Assembly: GCA_964016885.1 (NCBI GenBank)
Contig: OZ024741.1
Location: 151,156,001-151,220,000, forward strand
DNA length: 64,000 bases
From: Eledone cirrhosa
Taxonomy: Eukaryota
Reading direction: 5' to 3'
Shown here: positions 1 through 14,305 of the stretch, one piece after another
How positions within the stretch are numbered: the first letter of the stretch is position 1
Layout of the letters: each line of letters begins with the position of its first letter
Made by a program: the position numbers and the translations under genes
Notes under the pieces: model-generated
What the model was told of the DNA's origin: nothing
Databases searched by the model: none
Seen by the model: only the letters and a program-made list of their open reading frames with translations

Positions 1-44
1 GGTGCGTTATGGTTCATCTGGTTCATTACCACAATTCCTTTTTA
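1..44 (-). mobile_element. Partial copy (unique arm) of fold-back mini-element family A
   Basis: Reverse complement matches 1061-1105 (aaggaa.tgtggtaa.gaaccag.tg.accataacgcacc); ends in (TA)n. Confidence 0.7.
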
Positions 45-60
45 TATATATATATAGATA

Positions 61-114
<54 letters not shown>

Positions 115-445
115 CATGCATTGAATAACAATAAAACAATAAAAAGAAACAAACTAAGGTAGCTATTAATTCATTCTTTTAAGACCTTTGCAGCCAAACA
201 GGAAAGAATGTGCGCGTTAATTGATGGACAATCAAGGGCTGGTGGCATGGATTTACCTTTACACCATCATTTAACGTTCACATTCTCACGCTTATTCTCG
301 AGCTATAAATTGACGGTCGAGCTTAAATTATATGCATCATATATATACATACATATGCATACATACATATATATATGTATAACTTATCTTTTAGCACTCC
401 TTGTGCTCCTCATAACCAACCTCTGATTCGACCCGGAATAACTTT

Positions 446-532
<87 letters not shown>

Positions 533-714
533 ATGTATATATGTATATATCTTTTACGCCGTATTTGCCATTCACCAGCCACTCTCCAAGATGGCCGACT
601 GAATACGCATTCCCTTCCTGCTATTTCAAGCGTTAAACTAATAGATTTCTTCCATGTACTGTGCCTTTGGTTTTGCATTTTTGTTATTACTTTTACACAT
701 ACACACACACCTAC

Positions 715-785
<71 letters not shown>

Positions 786-1060
786 ATATATACATATAAG
801 CGTTCGGGCGTGCACATTATGAATATCAAATTTCACCACTGTTTCGTAATTCAACCGGTTGCTTGTACATTTAACTACAAGCTTTAACAATATTCTTGCA
901 AAAAGTAATGCGGGTTTCTCTGTTCAATCTTTTCCATCACCAGGGCTAGTTTACCCGATTTTATTAATTATTATTTATCGTGTGCTGCTATTATGGCTGT
1001 TTGCGTTGGAACATAACACATATCGCATACACAGACACACACACATATATATATATATAT

Positions 1061-1251
1061 AACGAAGGAAATGTGGTAAGGAACCAGATGGACTATAACG
1101 CAGCAAAGTACTCAATACTTAGGGTAGTAGAGTGGGTAATAGGAACGAGTAGGACCTCGACAGCTGAGCTCAAGGCGTTTCGACAGCTAATTCTGAGTCC
1201 AGAATTAGCCGTCGAAACGGCTTGAGCTCAGCCGTCGGGGTCCTACTCGTT

Positions 1252-1256
<5 letters not shown>
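1061..1256. mobile_element. Fold-back mini-element family A (probable PLE 3'-end derivative) in (TA)n
   Basis: ~78-bp unique arm, then inverted arms ~1139-1195/1198-1256; TA repeats on both sides; homologous copies at 13323, 13734, 15053, 28441, 47931; arm carries the HHR 3' half GAAA-CGGCT..AGCCG-TC. Confidence 0.75.
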
Positions 1257-1345
<89 letters not shown>

Positions 1346-2964
1346 TATGTTTATATATATATATATATGCATATATATATGTTTATATATATATATATAA
1401 ATATATATATATATACAGAGAGTGAGAGAGAGTGTGTGTGAGTGTGAGAGAGTTTTTTTTTTTGTGTGTGTGTGTGTGTGTGAGAGAGTTTTTTTTTCGT
1501 GTGTGTGTGTGTGTGTGTGAGCGAGAGAGAGAGAGAAACAGAGTGAGTGAGAGAGGAAGTTTCTTATTTAGGCACAGAGCCACCAAATGGTACTTTATTT
1601 CATCGGCAATGGAAGGATTAAAGGCAAATTTAACCTTGAACGGATTTAAACTTACAATGTTGAGAGCCAGAACAAATAACACAACGGCATTTTATCCGAT
1701 GCTCTACTAATTTTGCCAAACCACTACACGTATTAGATAGAGAGAGAGAGAGAGTGAGGGGGGATGAGGGAGCGACAGAGAGATAGAGAAAGTGAGGGAG
1801 AGAGAAGAAATATTGAGATGCATATATTTTAGAGAACAACCCGCAACACTTTTCCCTATTGTGGATGTCATCTACCATCACGTATCTTTCATCGATTGGA
1901 CGTAAAGCTTCTTTGTCAGTCTGCCCCATCGTAGTATGTTTCGATAAGGAATCTGCTATCGACATTTCAGTAAATCCACTGTAGCACAGACAGTCTTGGT
2001 CTGTTCTGTCTGATAATTAGACAAACACATTCTTCATTCTGTACACAAATGACCTTCTGACTGTCACTTCTAACACTACCGACTTCTATGTAGATGGTAT
2101 TATCATTCGCCCCTCGATAACCTTCCACGAACATACACACACATACACATATACACTGATACACACATACATACACACACACAAGCACACATACACACAC
2201 ACATACACAGATACACACATACATACACACACGCATACACAGACACACATACATGCACACTCATGCACACATACAAACACAGAATACAGACAGGTAGATA
2301 GACAGACATACACACACGTGTATACAGATACATCTGTCAGTTACAACAAAGAGTGTTCAAGTTCTATGACTAACAAAACATGGAGATTTAGTCTCACACT
2401 TTCCCCAGATACCTAATGGTTTCAAAGCCGACTGCCTAAATATTCGGCCATACTGTATTCACACTTACATACATACATGATGATGATGATGGCTGCAACT
2501 CGATTTTGAGTAAAGGTATCGCTTGATACGTCGCTTGATACGTGGCTTTTTAGTCATGGTAGGGACTTGCCTATGACCAGCAATGCCACGCATGGCAAAA
2601 AAATGTCACATATCTAATGATACCTGTGCTTAAAGCTTTTTTAAGTGTGGAAAGGCTTTGCAGCGTGTCAATCCCACTTTCTGAACATCGAATGCAAAAA
2701 GAACAGGTCTACATCATTGGATGCAAACGAAGTCGCTGGTTTTATATCAGAGTGTGCTTCTCCTAGGAAGATGTCTTAATGAAGACTAGGAGTCTCTCAT
2801 TCCACACAAAAATTATTATTATTATTAACATTACATAAATACATACATACATACATATATACAAACATACATACATATATTTCTGTCTATGCCTCTCTGT
2901 CTCTATCTCTCCATCTCCCCACACATATTGAGAATTAAGAGAGAGAGAGAGAGAGAGAGCGAGG

Positions 2965-3037
<73 letters not shown>

Positions 3038-3274
3038 AGAGAGAGAGCTAGAGAGAGAGAGAGGTAATATAGTAGGGATCATATTTCGTTAGGGGAAATC
3101 AAAGACTATATCAACAGGCAATGGTTTTTGACTCGACAGGTGAAAGGTTTATCAAGTGTTTCAATGGTGGTTAACCGTAGATACAATGGCGGTAATTCCA
3201 GTAGTGTTTATATATAATATAAAAAGTAACATGAATATGACAACATCGTTGTTAGAGGATCAACATTTATTATG

Positions 3275-3312
<38 letters not shown>

Positions 3313-3341
3313 GTATATATATATATATATGTATACAATAT

Positions 3342-3388
<47 letters not shown>

Positions 3389-3400
3389 TAGAGAGAGAGA

Positions 3401-3459
<59 letters not shown>

Positions 3460-3814
3460 GGAAGGAGAGAGAAGAAAAGAGAAATTGGTTTCGTGGATTA
3501 CAATTAATGGTGGCACAAAACACTTTCAGCACTCAATGCGATAATTTGAGTTATGAAGTAGGAATGGGAGACGACTGATACCTGGTATCAAATAGGATTG
3601 CTGAGTATAAAAAAAAACAGAATTGTGTCATTAGCAGTCGATGTTTTAATATGCCTGAAGAGTCAATGACGTAAAGAGTTGTTGTTGTACAGTTGCTTAA
3701 CTTTAGATATTCGGGGCGGTTTTTGGCCTGCGTAATGGAAAAAACCATGTTAAATTGATCTCTCTCACTCTCCCTCTGTTATTTTTTTCTCTCTCTCTTT
3801 CTCCCTCTTCTGTT

Positions 3815-3848
<34 letters not shown>

Positions 3849-3869
3849 TATATATATATAAATAAATAT

Positions 3870-3904
<35 letters not shown>

Positions 3905-3909
3905 AATAA

Positions 3910-3940
<31 letters not shown>

Positions 3941-3985
3941 TATATATATATATTAATGAATATATTTATATATATAAATAAATAT

Positions 3986-4059
<74 letters not shown>

Positions 4060-4082
4060 GTGGTTACACAACAGTTAGTTCA

Positions 4083-4132
4083 CCATACCGAGAACAATTG
4101 TTTCACCTTCACGGATCTTCAGCTCGGGATGG
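4083..4132 (-). ncRNA. Minimal type I hammerhead ribozyme in inverted PLE end
   Basis: Minus strand CCGAG-CTGAAGA-TCC gtgaa GGT-GAAA-C AATT G-TT-CTCGG: stem I CCGAG/CTCGG, palindromic loop III, GUU site. Confidence 0.85.
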
Positions 4133-4674
4133 GTATGGTTATAGGAACAGGAAGGAGAGCCGTACGAACGCGCATGCGCAGAAACTCGGTCACTTCACAC
4201 AGGCAATACTAGACTGCGTGCGGAGGGGGGGGGGGTGTAAGGGAGATAACCGCGAAAGTCCGGAGTGTTTTTTGGTTGAAAATAAAATAAAAAAATTAGA
4301 AATAAAATTACAAAGAATCAGTCCGGAGCCTTTTAGTTATGCAATAGATGTTCGGTGACGTGTGGACAACGTGTGAACAATTCACTTCTCGTGTTTAGGC
4401 AATCACTATTGCGTAATCTTTTTAGGATAGTTATTCGTTCGTCAATACATAAGCCACACATCGGATTTCCCCTTGCGTATGGCTTGGACTTAGTGATGGC
4501 TTTCCATTGAATGGAGTACCCTATACTTGAGTCCTTGAGGGACCATACGTGGCTCGCGAGTTTCGTGGATGAACGTCTGTCCGGGTATCTGAAGGTAGAC
4601 TGGTAGTTCAGGAAACCACTTTCCGCCCCCTGGCCCATAACGCTATTACTTCTAATTATAAGAAAGCTAACCCT

Positions 4675-6345
4675 ATGGCTTACCACGACATTAATACAGA
4701 AGTCAAGGAACTCGCCACCGACCTTAAGGTAGATAAGAAGCTACAATATCTAGCTAAGCGAGAGGCGTTCCTGACCCTGAGAGATCACAAGGTAGACTTT
4801 ACTTCTAACCCCATATGTAGACTAATAAACCCGGCACGCACAGATATGGGACTAGTCAGTAAAGCCATACTTAAAAACATAGTTAAGACCATTAGGACCA
4901 AGTCCAACCTGCCCCAGTGGGAGAACAGCGACTCCGCAATTAAGTCGTTTAACTCCTTAAAATCCCCAAAAGCGAAGTTCACACAGTTTGACATTGTCGA
5001 TTTTTACCTGTCGATCTCAGAGACCCTGTTAAACAAAGCGTTGGACTTCGCTACCACTTATAACACCGTCGATGGTTTAGACAGGGAATTCATCGCTCAC
5101 TGCCGGAAAACCCTCCTCTTCAACGACGGAGTAGCCTGGGCAAAGAAGTCTACATCTACAGACCTGTTCGACGTCTCTATGGGATCGTTTGACAGTGCTG
5201 ACGTATGTGACTTAGTTGGCCTTTTTATCTTAGACATATTACGGGTTAGAGTCCTGGACTTCCACACGGGAATATACCGTGAAGATGGACTGACTTTATC
5301 GAGCCATAAAAGTGGTCACGACCTCGACTGGTTTAAAAAAGACTTAGCTTCTACCTTCAATGAGTTAGGCCTTATGATAACAGTAGCCACCAACCTCTCA
5401 AGCGTAGATTTCTTAGACATTAATTTAGAACTTCGCACACACACCCACAGACCCTTCCATAAGCTAAACGAGAAACTTAATTACATTCACAAGGACTCAT
5501 GCCACCCTCCTACTGTTTTTAGAAACTTCGTTAAGAATATCAGTACTAGAATCTCAAACCTCTCCTCTAATAAGGCTATCTTTGACAGGGCGGCACCCTA
5601 CTATAACACGGCGTTGGCTAACAGCGGCTTCTCACAACATATCACCTACTCTCCCACTAGCAACAACACCATTAAGAAAAGTAAGCGCATCAGTAGACAA
5701 ACTATCTGGTTCTCTCCTCCCTTCTCACTCAACGTTAAAACCAATGTAGGAAAAATAATTCTAGCCCTCTTAGATAGAAACTTCCCCATAGGTCATAAAT
5801 ACCGCTCCATCTTTAACCGACACAAAGTTAAACTAGGATACTCCTGCGCTAAGAACATGAAGGCCCAAATCACCAGCAGCTCTAGGAGCAACACCCCACC
5901 AGGGTGCTCTTGCCGTAAGCCTGAAGCTTGCCCCAACAAAAATGCAACACACCAGCTGTAATCTATGAAGCTGTGGTCACTTCCAACCGACCAAACGAAC
6001 CACAGGAGGTCAAATCCTATGTGGGCATGGCGGAGGGCCGATTCAAGGATCGTTTGCTGAACCACCAGTCTACCATCAGATACCCGGACAGACGTTCATC
6101 CACGAAACTCGCGAGCCACGTATGGTCCCTCAAGGACTCAAGTATAGGGTACTCCATTCAATGGAAAGCCATCACTAAGTCCAAGCCATACGCAAGGGGA
6201 AATCCGACGTGTGGCTTATGTATTGACGAACGAATAACTATCCTAAAGAGATTACGCGATAGTGATTGCCTAAACAGGAGAAGTGAATTTTTCACACGTT
6301 GTCCACACGTCACCAAACATCTATTGCATAAATACAAGGCTCCGG
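4675..6345 (+). pseudogene. PLE reverse transcriptase + GIY-YIG endonuclease, frameshifted near 5935
   Basis: CRLINPA, QFDIVDFYLSI, DVSMGSFDSADVCDLVGL, IYREDG (catalytic DD changed to ED), VDFLDI, WFSPPFS, CSCRKPEAC linker; second frame VIYEA..YVG..FKDRLLNH..LASHVWSLK..CGLC..LNRRSE..CPH. Confidence 0.9.
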
Positions 6346-6504
6346 ACTGCTTCTTTGTAATTTTATTTATAATTTTTTTATTTTATTTTCAACCAAAAAA
6401 CTTTCCGGACTTTCGCAGTATAGTATTGCCTGTGTGAAGTGAACGAGTTTCTGCGCATGCGCGTTCGTACGATTGTCCTTCCTGTCTCTATAACCATACA
6501 CATC

Positions 6505-6544
6505 CCGAGCTGAAGATCCGCGAAGGTGAAACAATTGTTCGCGG
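6505..6544 (+). ncRNA. Minimal type I hammerhead ribozyme at PLE 3' end
   Basis: CCGAG-CTGAAGA-TCCGCGAAGGT-GAAA-CAATTG-TT-CGCGG; one stem I mismatch relative to the other copy. Confidence 0.8.
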
Positions 6545-6641
6545 TATGGTGAACTAACTGTTGTGTAACCACTTCTACCTAATTCGTCTCTTGGACTGAG
6601 TACTCTACCACAACGGATATTACCCTCCAGTGTTCCACCAC

Positions 6642-7185
<544 letters not shown>

Positions 7186-7188
<3 letters not shown>

Positions 7189-7401
7189 ATAAAGATGAAA
7201 TATAAGATGGTTATAAGAGTTCCATATATTTTATTATATGTATTTCGAATACAAAATCATCCTGGGACAGATATTGTGTTCTATTCAGATAACATAAGTT
7301 ACAATGATATGAGGCATAATAGCACTTCTTTATAGGAAAGTGGTAAGTCTACATATGACAGAAATATATGTGTTAATACTTGTTCTACAATACTACTCAC
7401 C

Positions 7402-7404
<3 letters not shown>
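7186..7404 (-). mobile_element. Degraded copy of HHR-bearing family F
   Basis: agatggtta.aagagttccat.tattttattat shared with 15297 and 54036; HHR decayed; TA flanks. Confidence 0.6.
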
Positions 7405-7482
<78 letters not shown>

Positions 7483-7574
7483 AAGAATGGAAACAGCACG
7501 GAAATATATTCAAAGAATCTTTTTTTCTTCTTTAATTCGTCCAAGTATTATTATTGGGAAGTATCATTAGAGGG

Positions 7575-7738
7575 TCAGACACCATGCTTTGCAGCAAAGA
7601 GTTACGGTCCTTGCCATTCTGAGTTCAAATACCGCCGAGGTTAACTTTGCCTTTCATCCTTATGGGGTCGATAAAATAAAGTACCAGTAATGCACTGAAT
7701 AATTGCTGGCCTTGTGCCAAAAAGTAGAAACAATTATT
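7575..7738 (+). mobile_element. tRNA-derived SINE (cephalopod-like)
   Basis: B-box-like gagttcaaat, then ctttgcctttcatcct..ggggtcgataaaataaagtaccag; near-identical copy at 24170-24338. Confidence 0.65.
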
Positions 7739-7794
7739 GAAAAAAAAAATAGCAAAACAAATTATTTAAAAAAGCAGTTTTATGAAACATATAA

Positions 7795-7834
7795 AATATT
7801 ACCGGTTTCGATGTAACCCATCTTATCAAATATT
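7795..7834 (-). ncRNA. Minimal hammerhead ribozyme, U3-A8 core variant
   Basis: Minus strand AATAT-TTGATAA-GATG ggtta CATC-GAAA-C CG G-TA-ATATT: all three stems pair, GUA site. Confidence 0.7.
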
Positions 7835-8554
7835 AAATATTACAATTAAAATGAAAAAAAAATAATTTTAAACTAAGTGTTGAAGAAGGTCTGTTCATAT
7901 TTCGTGTTTAGAGTATGTTACCAAAGCTATGCGTATTTGTTTCAACGCAGGGGACCCCAAAACATGGTCTCACTGCATATTGTATTACGCCAATAGTCTT
8001 AAAGCAAATTACATTCTTCATTTCTGAACACACACAACACCCCCATACATACACAGATACACACACGCGCACAATTATGACCTTCAAAACTATTACAAAT
8101 GATAGGTGGCGCTATCATCGATGACATTTAAGGCCACATACAATATATCGTTTACTTAGTCGGAACAAAGAGTTGTTTTATCTATTAAGAACAAGATAAC
8201 AGTCTAAATCCTTCAACATACCACTGCAATCCACACTTGACGAATACTTGTATATCTGTGTTAGTAGTGAGGTCGCTATACAGCTATGGCGTTTTATACC
8301 AACATCAGAAAACTTCCGTACGATTTATTGTCGAACATTCTAAATTCAATGTTAGTTTGTGAAGAATATATTTTGTTAATTTATATCAATATTGAAAAAT
8401 AATGATGGTTCCTCCGTCGGTTTCGAAGATGAACATTTATTTATTTAATTAGCTGAACGTTCAGTTCGTGAATTAACGTGTGATTGAGTATTCCATGATT
8501 GCGAAACGAACTTCTTAAACGCTCAGCCATTCTAAATCTACAAGTCCATCAATT

Positions 8555-8630
<76 letters not shown>

Positions 8631-10448
8631 CACTCTTTCTCTCTCTCTCATTCTCTCACTGTCACTTTCTCCGTCTCTCTTTGTATCTGTCCCTTTCTCC
8701 CCCACTCTCTCACTGTCTATCTGTCTGTTTGTCGATGTCTGACTGTCTCTTTTTCTCTTTTTCTCTCTCTCACTCTTTCATTGTATGTCTCACTTTCTCT
8801 CATTGTCTCTTCTATTATAATTACAGTAACATAAACGAAATCGTAGCAAACAATGTTCACACCTCGTTTCAAGTAAGACATTAAAGAAAGATAGATGGTC
8901 AAAGAGACAGCTAGATACTATTTGTGCTAGTGTGTGTTAGTGTCTGTTGTTGCGTGTTTGTGTGAGTTATAGTCTGTTAGTGCATTTTAGTATGTGTTAG
9001 TGTGCCTGTGTGTGTGTGTGTTGCCTTTGTAAATCCGTAGTGAGTGCGTGATGTAATTCTGTAAAGTAATTCTAATTATTTGCAGTAATGTTTGCGTGGA
9101 CACAGAATGACCGACTGATTAAGAAACTCACCTGGCAATCATTAGGTTCGAGGATCAACCCAGGTAAGGTGTCTTAGGAACACGTGACATTTGCCATAGT
9201 TTTGAGTCAAGACAGACATGAGTAAAATTAAGTAGACGGAAACTTTTGGGAGCACATCGGATGGATTGCAACTCTACTTTAAAAGGTCAGCCTTGTAAGA
9301 TGCTGTGTCACGATGAATCTCTCTGAGAACTAGGTTAAGGGCACATGTGTCTGTGGAATACTCAGCCATTTACACGTTAATTTCAATAACAGTCTGTTGA
9401 TCTAACAATTTCAACAATCATCGCTGAAACTGACAGATGTCAATTCTATTCCATGTAAGTATATATACGTGTGTGTGTGTTTGCTCTGTGTGGATGTGAG
9501 TGTGTGTGATTGCACGCATGTGTATCTCTAAGTGTATGTATGTATGTATGTATGTTTGTATGCGTGTATGTATGATGTATGTATGGATGTATGAATGTAT
9601 GTATGTATGTCTGTATTAGTGTGTATGTATATATGTATGGATGGATGTGTGGGTATCTGTGTGTGCGTGGAATACTCATAGTCGAAATCGATGGAGGGGT
9701 TCGTTCCTTTTGATGCAGGTGTGTGCGAATGTATTATACAATTCTGTGACAATGTATAATTTGATTTTACATATATTCTCGTTATTTCATCATTCCATTA
9801 CCATACTATATTTCCATCATTCCTTTAATCCATTATTTCATCATAGTTACATTATTACATTACTCCATTATTCCGGGACTGTTATGTCAGTAATTAAGCA
9901 AATCCGTAGCTAAATAAATACCGAATAAAAAGCTATATTCTATGATTCTTTTATTCTTATATTCTTGGTGTTGAACTAACGATCATAATGTTGTGGGTTT
10001 GGTTTCTGAGCTGGGTGGTGCATTATGCTTTGTGAAAAACACTTAAGTTAACGTTGCTTCAGCACATTCAGCTGAAAATTAGTACCAGCAGTAGCAGGGG
10101 TTTAATTCTCCGATGAATTGGCGTCTTGTTCAGTGAGTAAGTTTTGGACACGCAGTCGTTTAACGTCGATGAAAGCGGGATAACTGTGGGCCTGATGAGC
10201 TTCCGGGTTTGGGACAGACTTTAATCTTTTTTAATGGATTCAGTCATTAGACTACGGTCATGCTGGGGCATTACATTGAAAGAATTCAGCCGATCATATC
10301 GGACACAGTACTTACATTTTTATTAAAGATTGCTGCATATTTTAACCATTTCGATTTCTCGAACCACTAAAGTACAGGATATATACATACAGTAAACTCA
10401 AACAAGGCAGAGACATTTATTAATACATACGTACATACATACATAGAT

Positions 10449-11872
10449 TGCCCCCTATCCGGGAAATGCCTCTCTAGTAACATTGTCTACAAATGTAAGA
10501 TTGAAACACCCACGTCCCGTAGGGCCTACATAGGGTTAACCGCCAATAGATTCAAGCAGCGTCTTTACATGCATACCCATTCTTTTCGTTACCCTCTAAG
10601 AAGGAATAGGACGTCACTTTCAGCTTATATCTGGAGTCTAAAAGACAACCACACCCCAATATAAGTTATACTGGGAGATCCTAGCTAGGGCTAGATCGTA
10701 TAACGGAAATAAAAGACCATTGTGACCTCAGCACCGCTGAGGTCCTGGAAATACTCTACGCCACAGACCACATCTTAAACAAAAAATCTTAGGCAATTTC
10801 GGCTTGTAAACATAAATTGCACAAACTTTCCTGTATTACAGCCCCACATTTTACCCTAACGGATAGTACGATCTATATGTGGATATTTTACGTCTTGATG
10901 TGGTAGCTAAGTATATGTTATGTTTATACCATTACTTATTTGCATAGGTGAGTATATATTACCTGTATGTTTTGTGAAGGTACGTATATTTTCTCGTACG
11001 TATATTTGATTGTATATGTTATGGCGTATATTTTTATATATTGTGGTACATATGCTTTTGGTTATGTGTATACGGGAGTTTTGCGTCTGTGTGAGTATGC
11101 AGGTTCGTACGTATGTTGGGTGTATGTATATATGTACTTCATGTTTTGGTTGACGTAGTCTCCGAACATTTGTGTATTTACATGTAGGTATGTGTGTGTG
11201 CGCTTGTTATATACGTATTTATTTATTTATATACGTTTATTTAATTATTTATTTATTTGTATACACGCACACACACACATATTTATATGTGCGTCGTTTT
11301 GTATACCTATGGCGAATGTTTTCGTGAATGCTTGTGTATGTACGCATCTGGACGCGTGTATGTATTTATTTCATTTCAATTACCTCTGTATTGTATTTAT
11401 TTACTTTATTCTTAACTCTGATGCGGAGAATCATTCAGTTTCCTAGTTAGAATTTTAGTCTACAACTTCAGCTATACCATTTACGTGGTTTTGTCTTTGC
11501 GTGCAATTGTTCGCCACGATCCACATATGACGTATTATCTTCGTTTTTTCCGTTCATTGCCAGAGAACGTCTCCATGAACCACCTATGAGAATATTAGTC
11601 TACGACCTCTTTTATACCATTAACGTGGTCCTGTCTTTGCGTGTAATTGTTTTTCACCGCTCCTATTAATGACGTATTATATTCGTTTTTTCCCGTTCTT
11701 TGCCAGGGAACGTTTCCACGAACCAAAGTATCGTCTTCCTGTCTTCCTACGGTTGCAACGTTTTTTGAAATATCCACTTCTGCGTTTACAGATTGACTTT
11801 GTTAGTTTCAGAAGATCCTGTTAAGGGTGAAAGCAGCGATTCTTTGCTTAAACTTTAATCTGTTATTTTAAT
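10449..11872 (+). mobile_element. 5'-truncated PLE: GIY-YIG remnant, long 3' UTR, terminal HHR-like motif
   Basis: Hand translation from 10449 (absent from ORF track): CPLSGKCLSSNIVYKCKIETPTSRRAYIGLTANRFKQRLYMHTHSF..TSLSAYIWSLKD, then frameshifted YWEILARARSY..CDLSTAE..LNKKS*..CKH; ~140-bp diverged tandem duplication 11460-11730; ends in TA. Confidence 0.75.
11804..11854 (+). ncRNA. Hammerhead-like motif with A4 core variant
   Basis: AGTTT-CAGAAGA-TCC..GGGT-GAAA-GCA..TGC-TT-AAACT; same variant core in the copy at 22405-22456. Confidence 0.55.
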
Positions 11873-12342
11873 ATATATATATATATATCTCGTATGTTCA
11901 GCGCTTACAGGCGTGCCTTATTTTTTAAAGACTAGGTGCAACATCTCTGTGAAGAAGAAAATAGGTGCGACTAATCAAACATCATCTACATAGACACACA
12001 CATGCTGAAAAAGACAATCGCAGACGCACACATACACGAAACCACACACACACAGCGCACACAACGAAGCACATAGTCATGCAACACGCGGACAACAAGC
12101 ACACGTTCATAAATGTTCAACATATAGATTGTCATGCACAAAAAATTAAACATCACAACAAATATATACAAACACACGCACACACTCGCATATATATATA
12201 TATATATATATATACAAACACATGGATGCACGTAAATGTGTGTTTGCGTGCGTATGTTTATCTATCTATTTATCTATCTATCTCTATATATTCATATACA
12301 TATATATATACATATACATATAATTATACATATGCATATACA

Positions 12343-12399
<57 letters not shown>

Positions 12400-13138
12400 C
12401 ACACAGATATATATATATATATGTATACACATACATACATGCACACATACACACACAAACACACACATACACACATGCACACGCGCACACACATATATAT
12501 ATTTATCGTAAGAGTCACATGAAATATAAAGTACTGAAAAAAAAAGGAATTATAACCATAACATGAACAACAACGACAACAACAATAATAATAATAATTA
12601 TTATTATTATTATTGCTGCAAAGTGAATATCTATATTTGTTTAGTATATGCAGCTGAGTCTTTCGTTATTGTAAATTCTGATTTTTATGAAGAAAAAAGA
12701 AAAAAAAAAAAGAACCCAAAACACTATTTATTGTTTAATGTACATTTTGTTGCTTATTTTAAAAAAATCCTTTTTATGGAGTTATTTATTTGTTTATTTA
12801 ATTTTTTTCCAGAAATTTTCTCCCAATACTAAATTTGTTGTAAATCTGATTTGAAAAATTTTGCTTCAATTTTTTCATTATTTTGTGATTTAGGTTTTGA
12901 AACTAGCAATTTTCCAGCGCGAGCTCGTTTCTATCTTTGGTAAATATTTGCAAGAATTGGTAAACAAATATTTATTAGCAAACATTGTTGTTGTTGTTGT
13001 TGTAAGCATGGTGTTATTTTCTCTTTTTATAATCTTTGTTTAACTTGAGTCTTCAGTAATATATCATACATATGCAGACTAGCAAACATACAAAACTATG
13101 CATTAACCAAAAAAATAAAAATAAAATCACACACACAC

Positions 13139-13180
<42 letters not shown>

Positions 13181-13243
13181 ACACACACACACACATGCAC
13201 ATAGACGCAGGTAGTTATATATATTTATAGATATCTCTGTGTG

Positions 13244-13279
<36 letters not shown>

Positions 13280-13286
13280 TAGAGAG

Positions 13287-13322
<36 letters not shown>

Positions 13323-13324
<2 letters not shown>

Positions 13325-13519
13325 CAAGAGAAGTGTGGTAAGGTACCAGGTGGACCATAACGCACCAGAGTACTCAATACTTAGGGTAGTAGACTGGGTA
13401 GTAGGAAAATGTCCAAGACCCCGACGGCAGAGCTCAAGCCGGTCCGACAGCTATTTCTGGACAGAAATAGCCGTCGAAACTGCTTGAGCTCTCCCGTCGT
13501 GGTCTTGAACATTTTCCTA
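13323..13519. mobile_element. Fold-back mini-element family A (subtype 2)
   Basis: Homologous to 1061-1256; arms taggaaaatg.tcaagacc../..ggtcttgaacattttccta; TA flanks. Confidence 0.75.
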
Positions 13520-13557
13520 TATATATATTTATATATATATGTATATATATATATATA

Positions 13558-13620
<63 letters not shown>

Positions 13621-13733
13621 CTGTATATATATATATATAGTAGAATAATCGAGTATCGAAAAATCGGCGCACGAGTTCACGATAAACAAAATTCGAGATG
13701 AGCGGCAGAGGGCTCTATAATTCATATATATAT

Positions 13734-13866
13734 AACGAAGGAAATGTGGTAAGGAACCAAGTGAACCATAACGCACCAAAGTACTCAATACTTAGGGTAG
13801 TAGAGTAGTCCAGAATTAGCCGTCGAAATGGCTTGAGCTCAGCCGTCGGGGTCCTACTCGTTCCTA
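13734..13866. mobile_element. Family A copy lacking the left arm
   Basis: Unique arm joined directly to gtccagaattagccgtcgaaa..gttccta. Confidence 0.7.
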
Positions 13867-13871
13867 TATAG

Positions 13872-13910
<39 letters not shown>

Positions 13911-13966
13911 CAGAGAGAACTATGTATATATATAAATAAATAAATAAATATATATATATATACATA

Positions 13967-14037
<71 letters not shown>

Positions 14038-14170
14038 GTATATATTTATATCCCCCTTCCTGCTATATCAAGCGTTAACCTAATATATACCTTCCATAAA
14101 CTGTACCGATTGTGTTGTTATTTCTGTTTACCTTTTACACACACACACATATATATATATATATAGATAG

Positions 14171-14263
<93 letters not shown>

Positions 14264-14274
14264 TATGTATGTAT

Positions 14275-14305
<31 letters not shown>

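Noticed and set aside
1830-2130. Possible host exon or LINE remnant
   Set aside because: No recognisable motif or clean splice-bounded frame
4333-4686. Separate minus-strand nuclease gene (117 aa)
   Set aside because: It is the inverted duplicate of the PLE's own GIY-YIG 3' end
5900-5945. Selenocysteine-encoding Naiad (in-frame TGA at the linker cysteines)
   Set aside because: The CxCx5C cysteines are ordinary TGC codons; the break here is a frameshift, not a TGA
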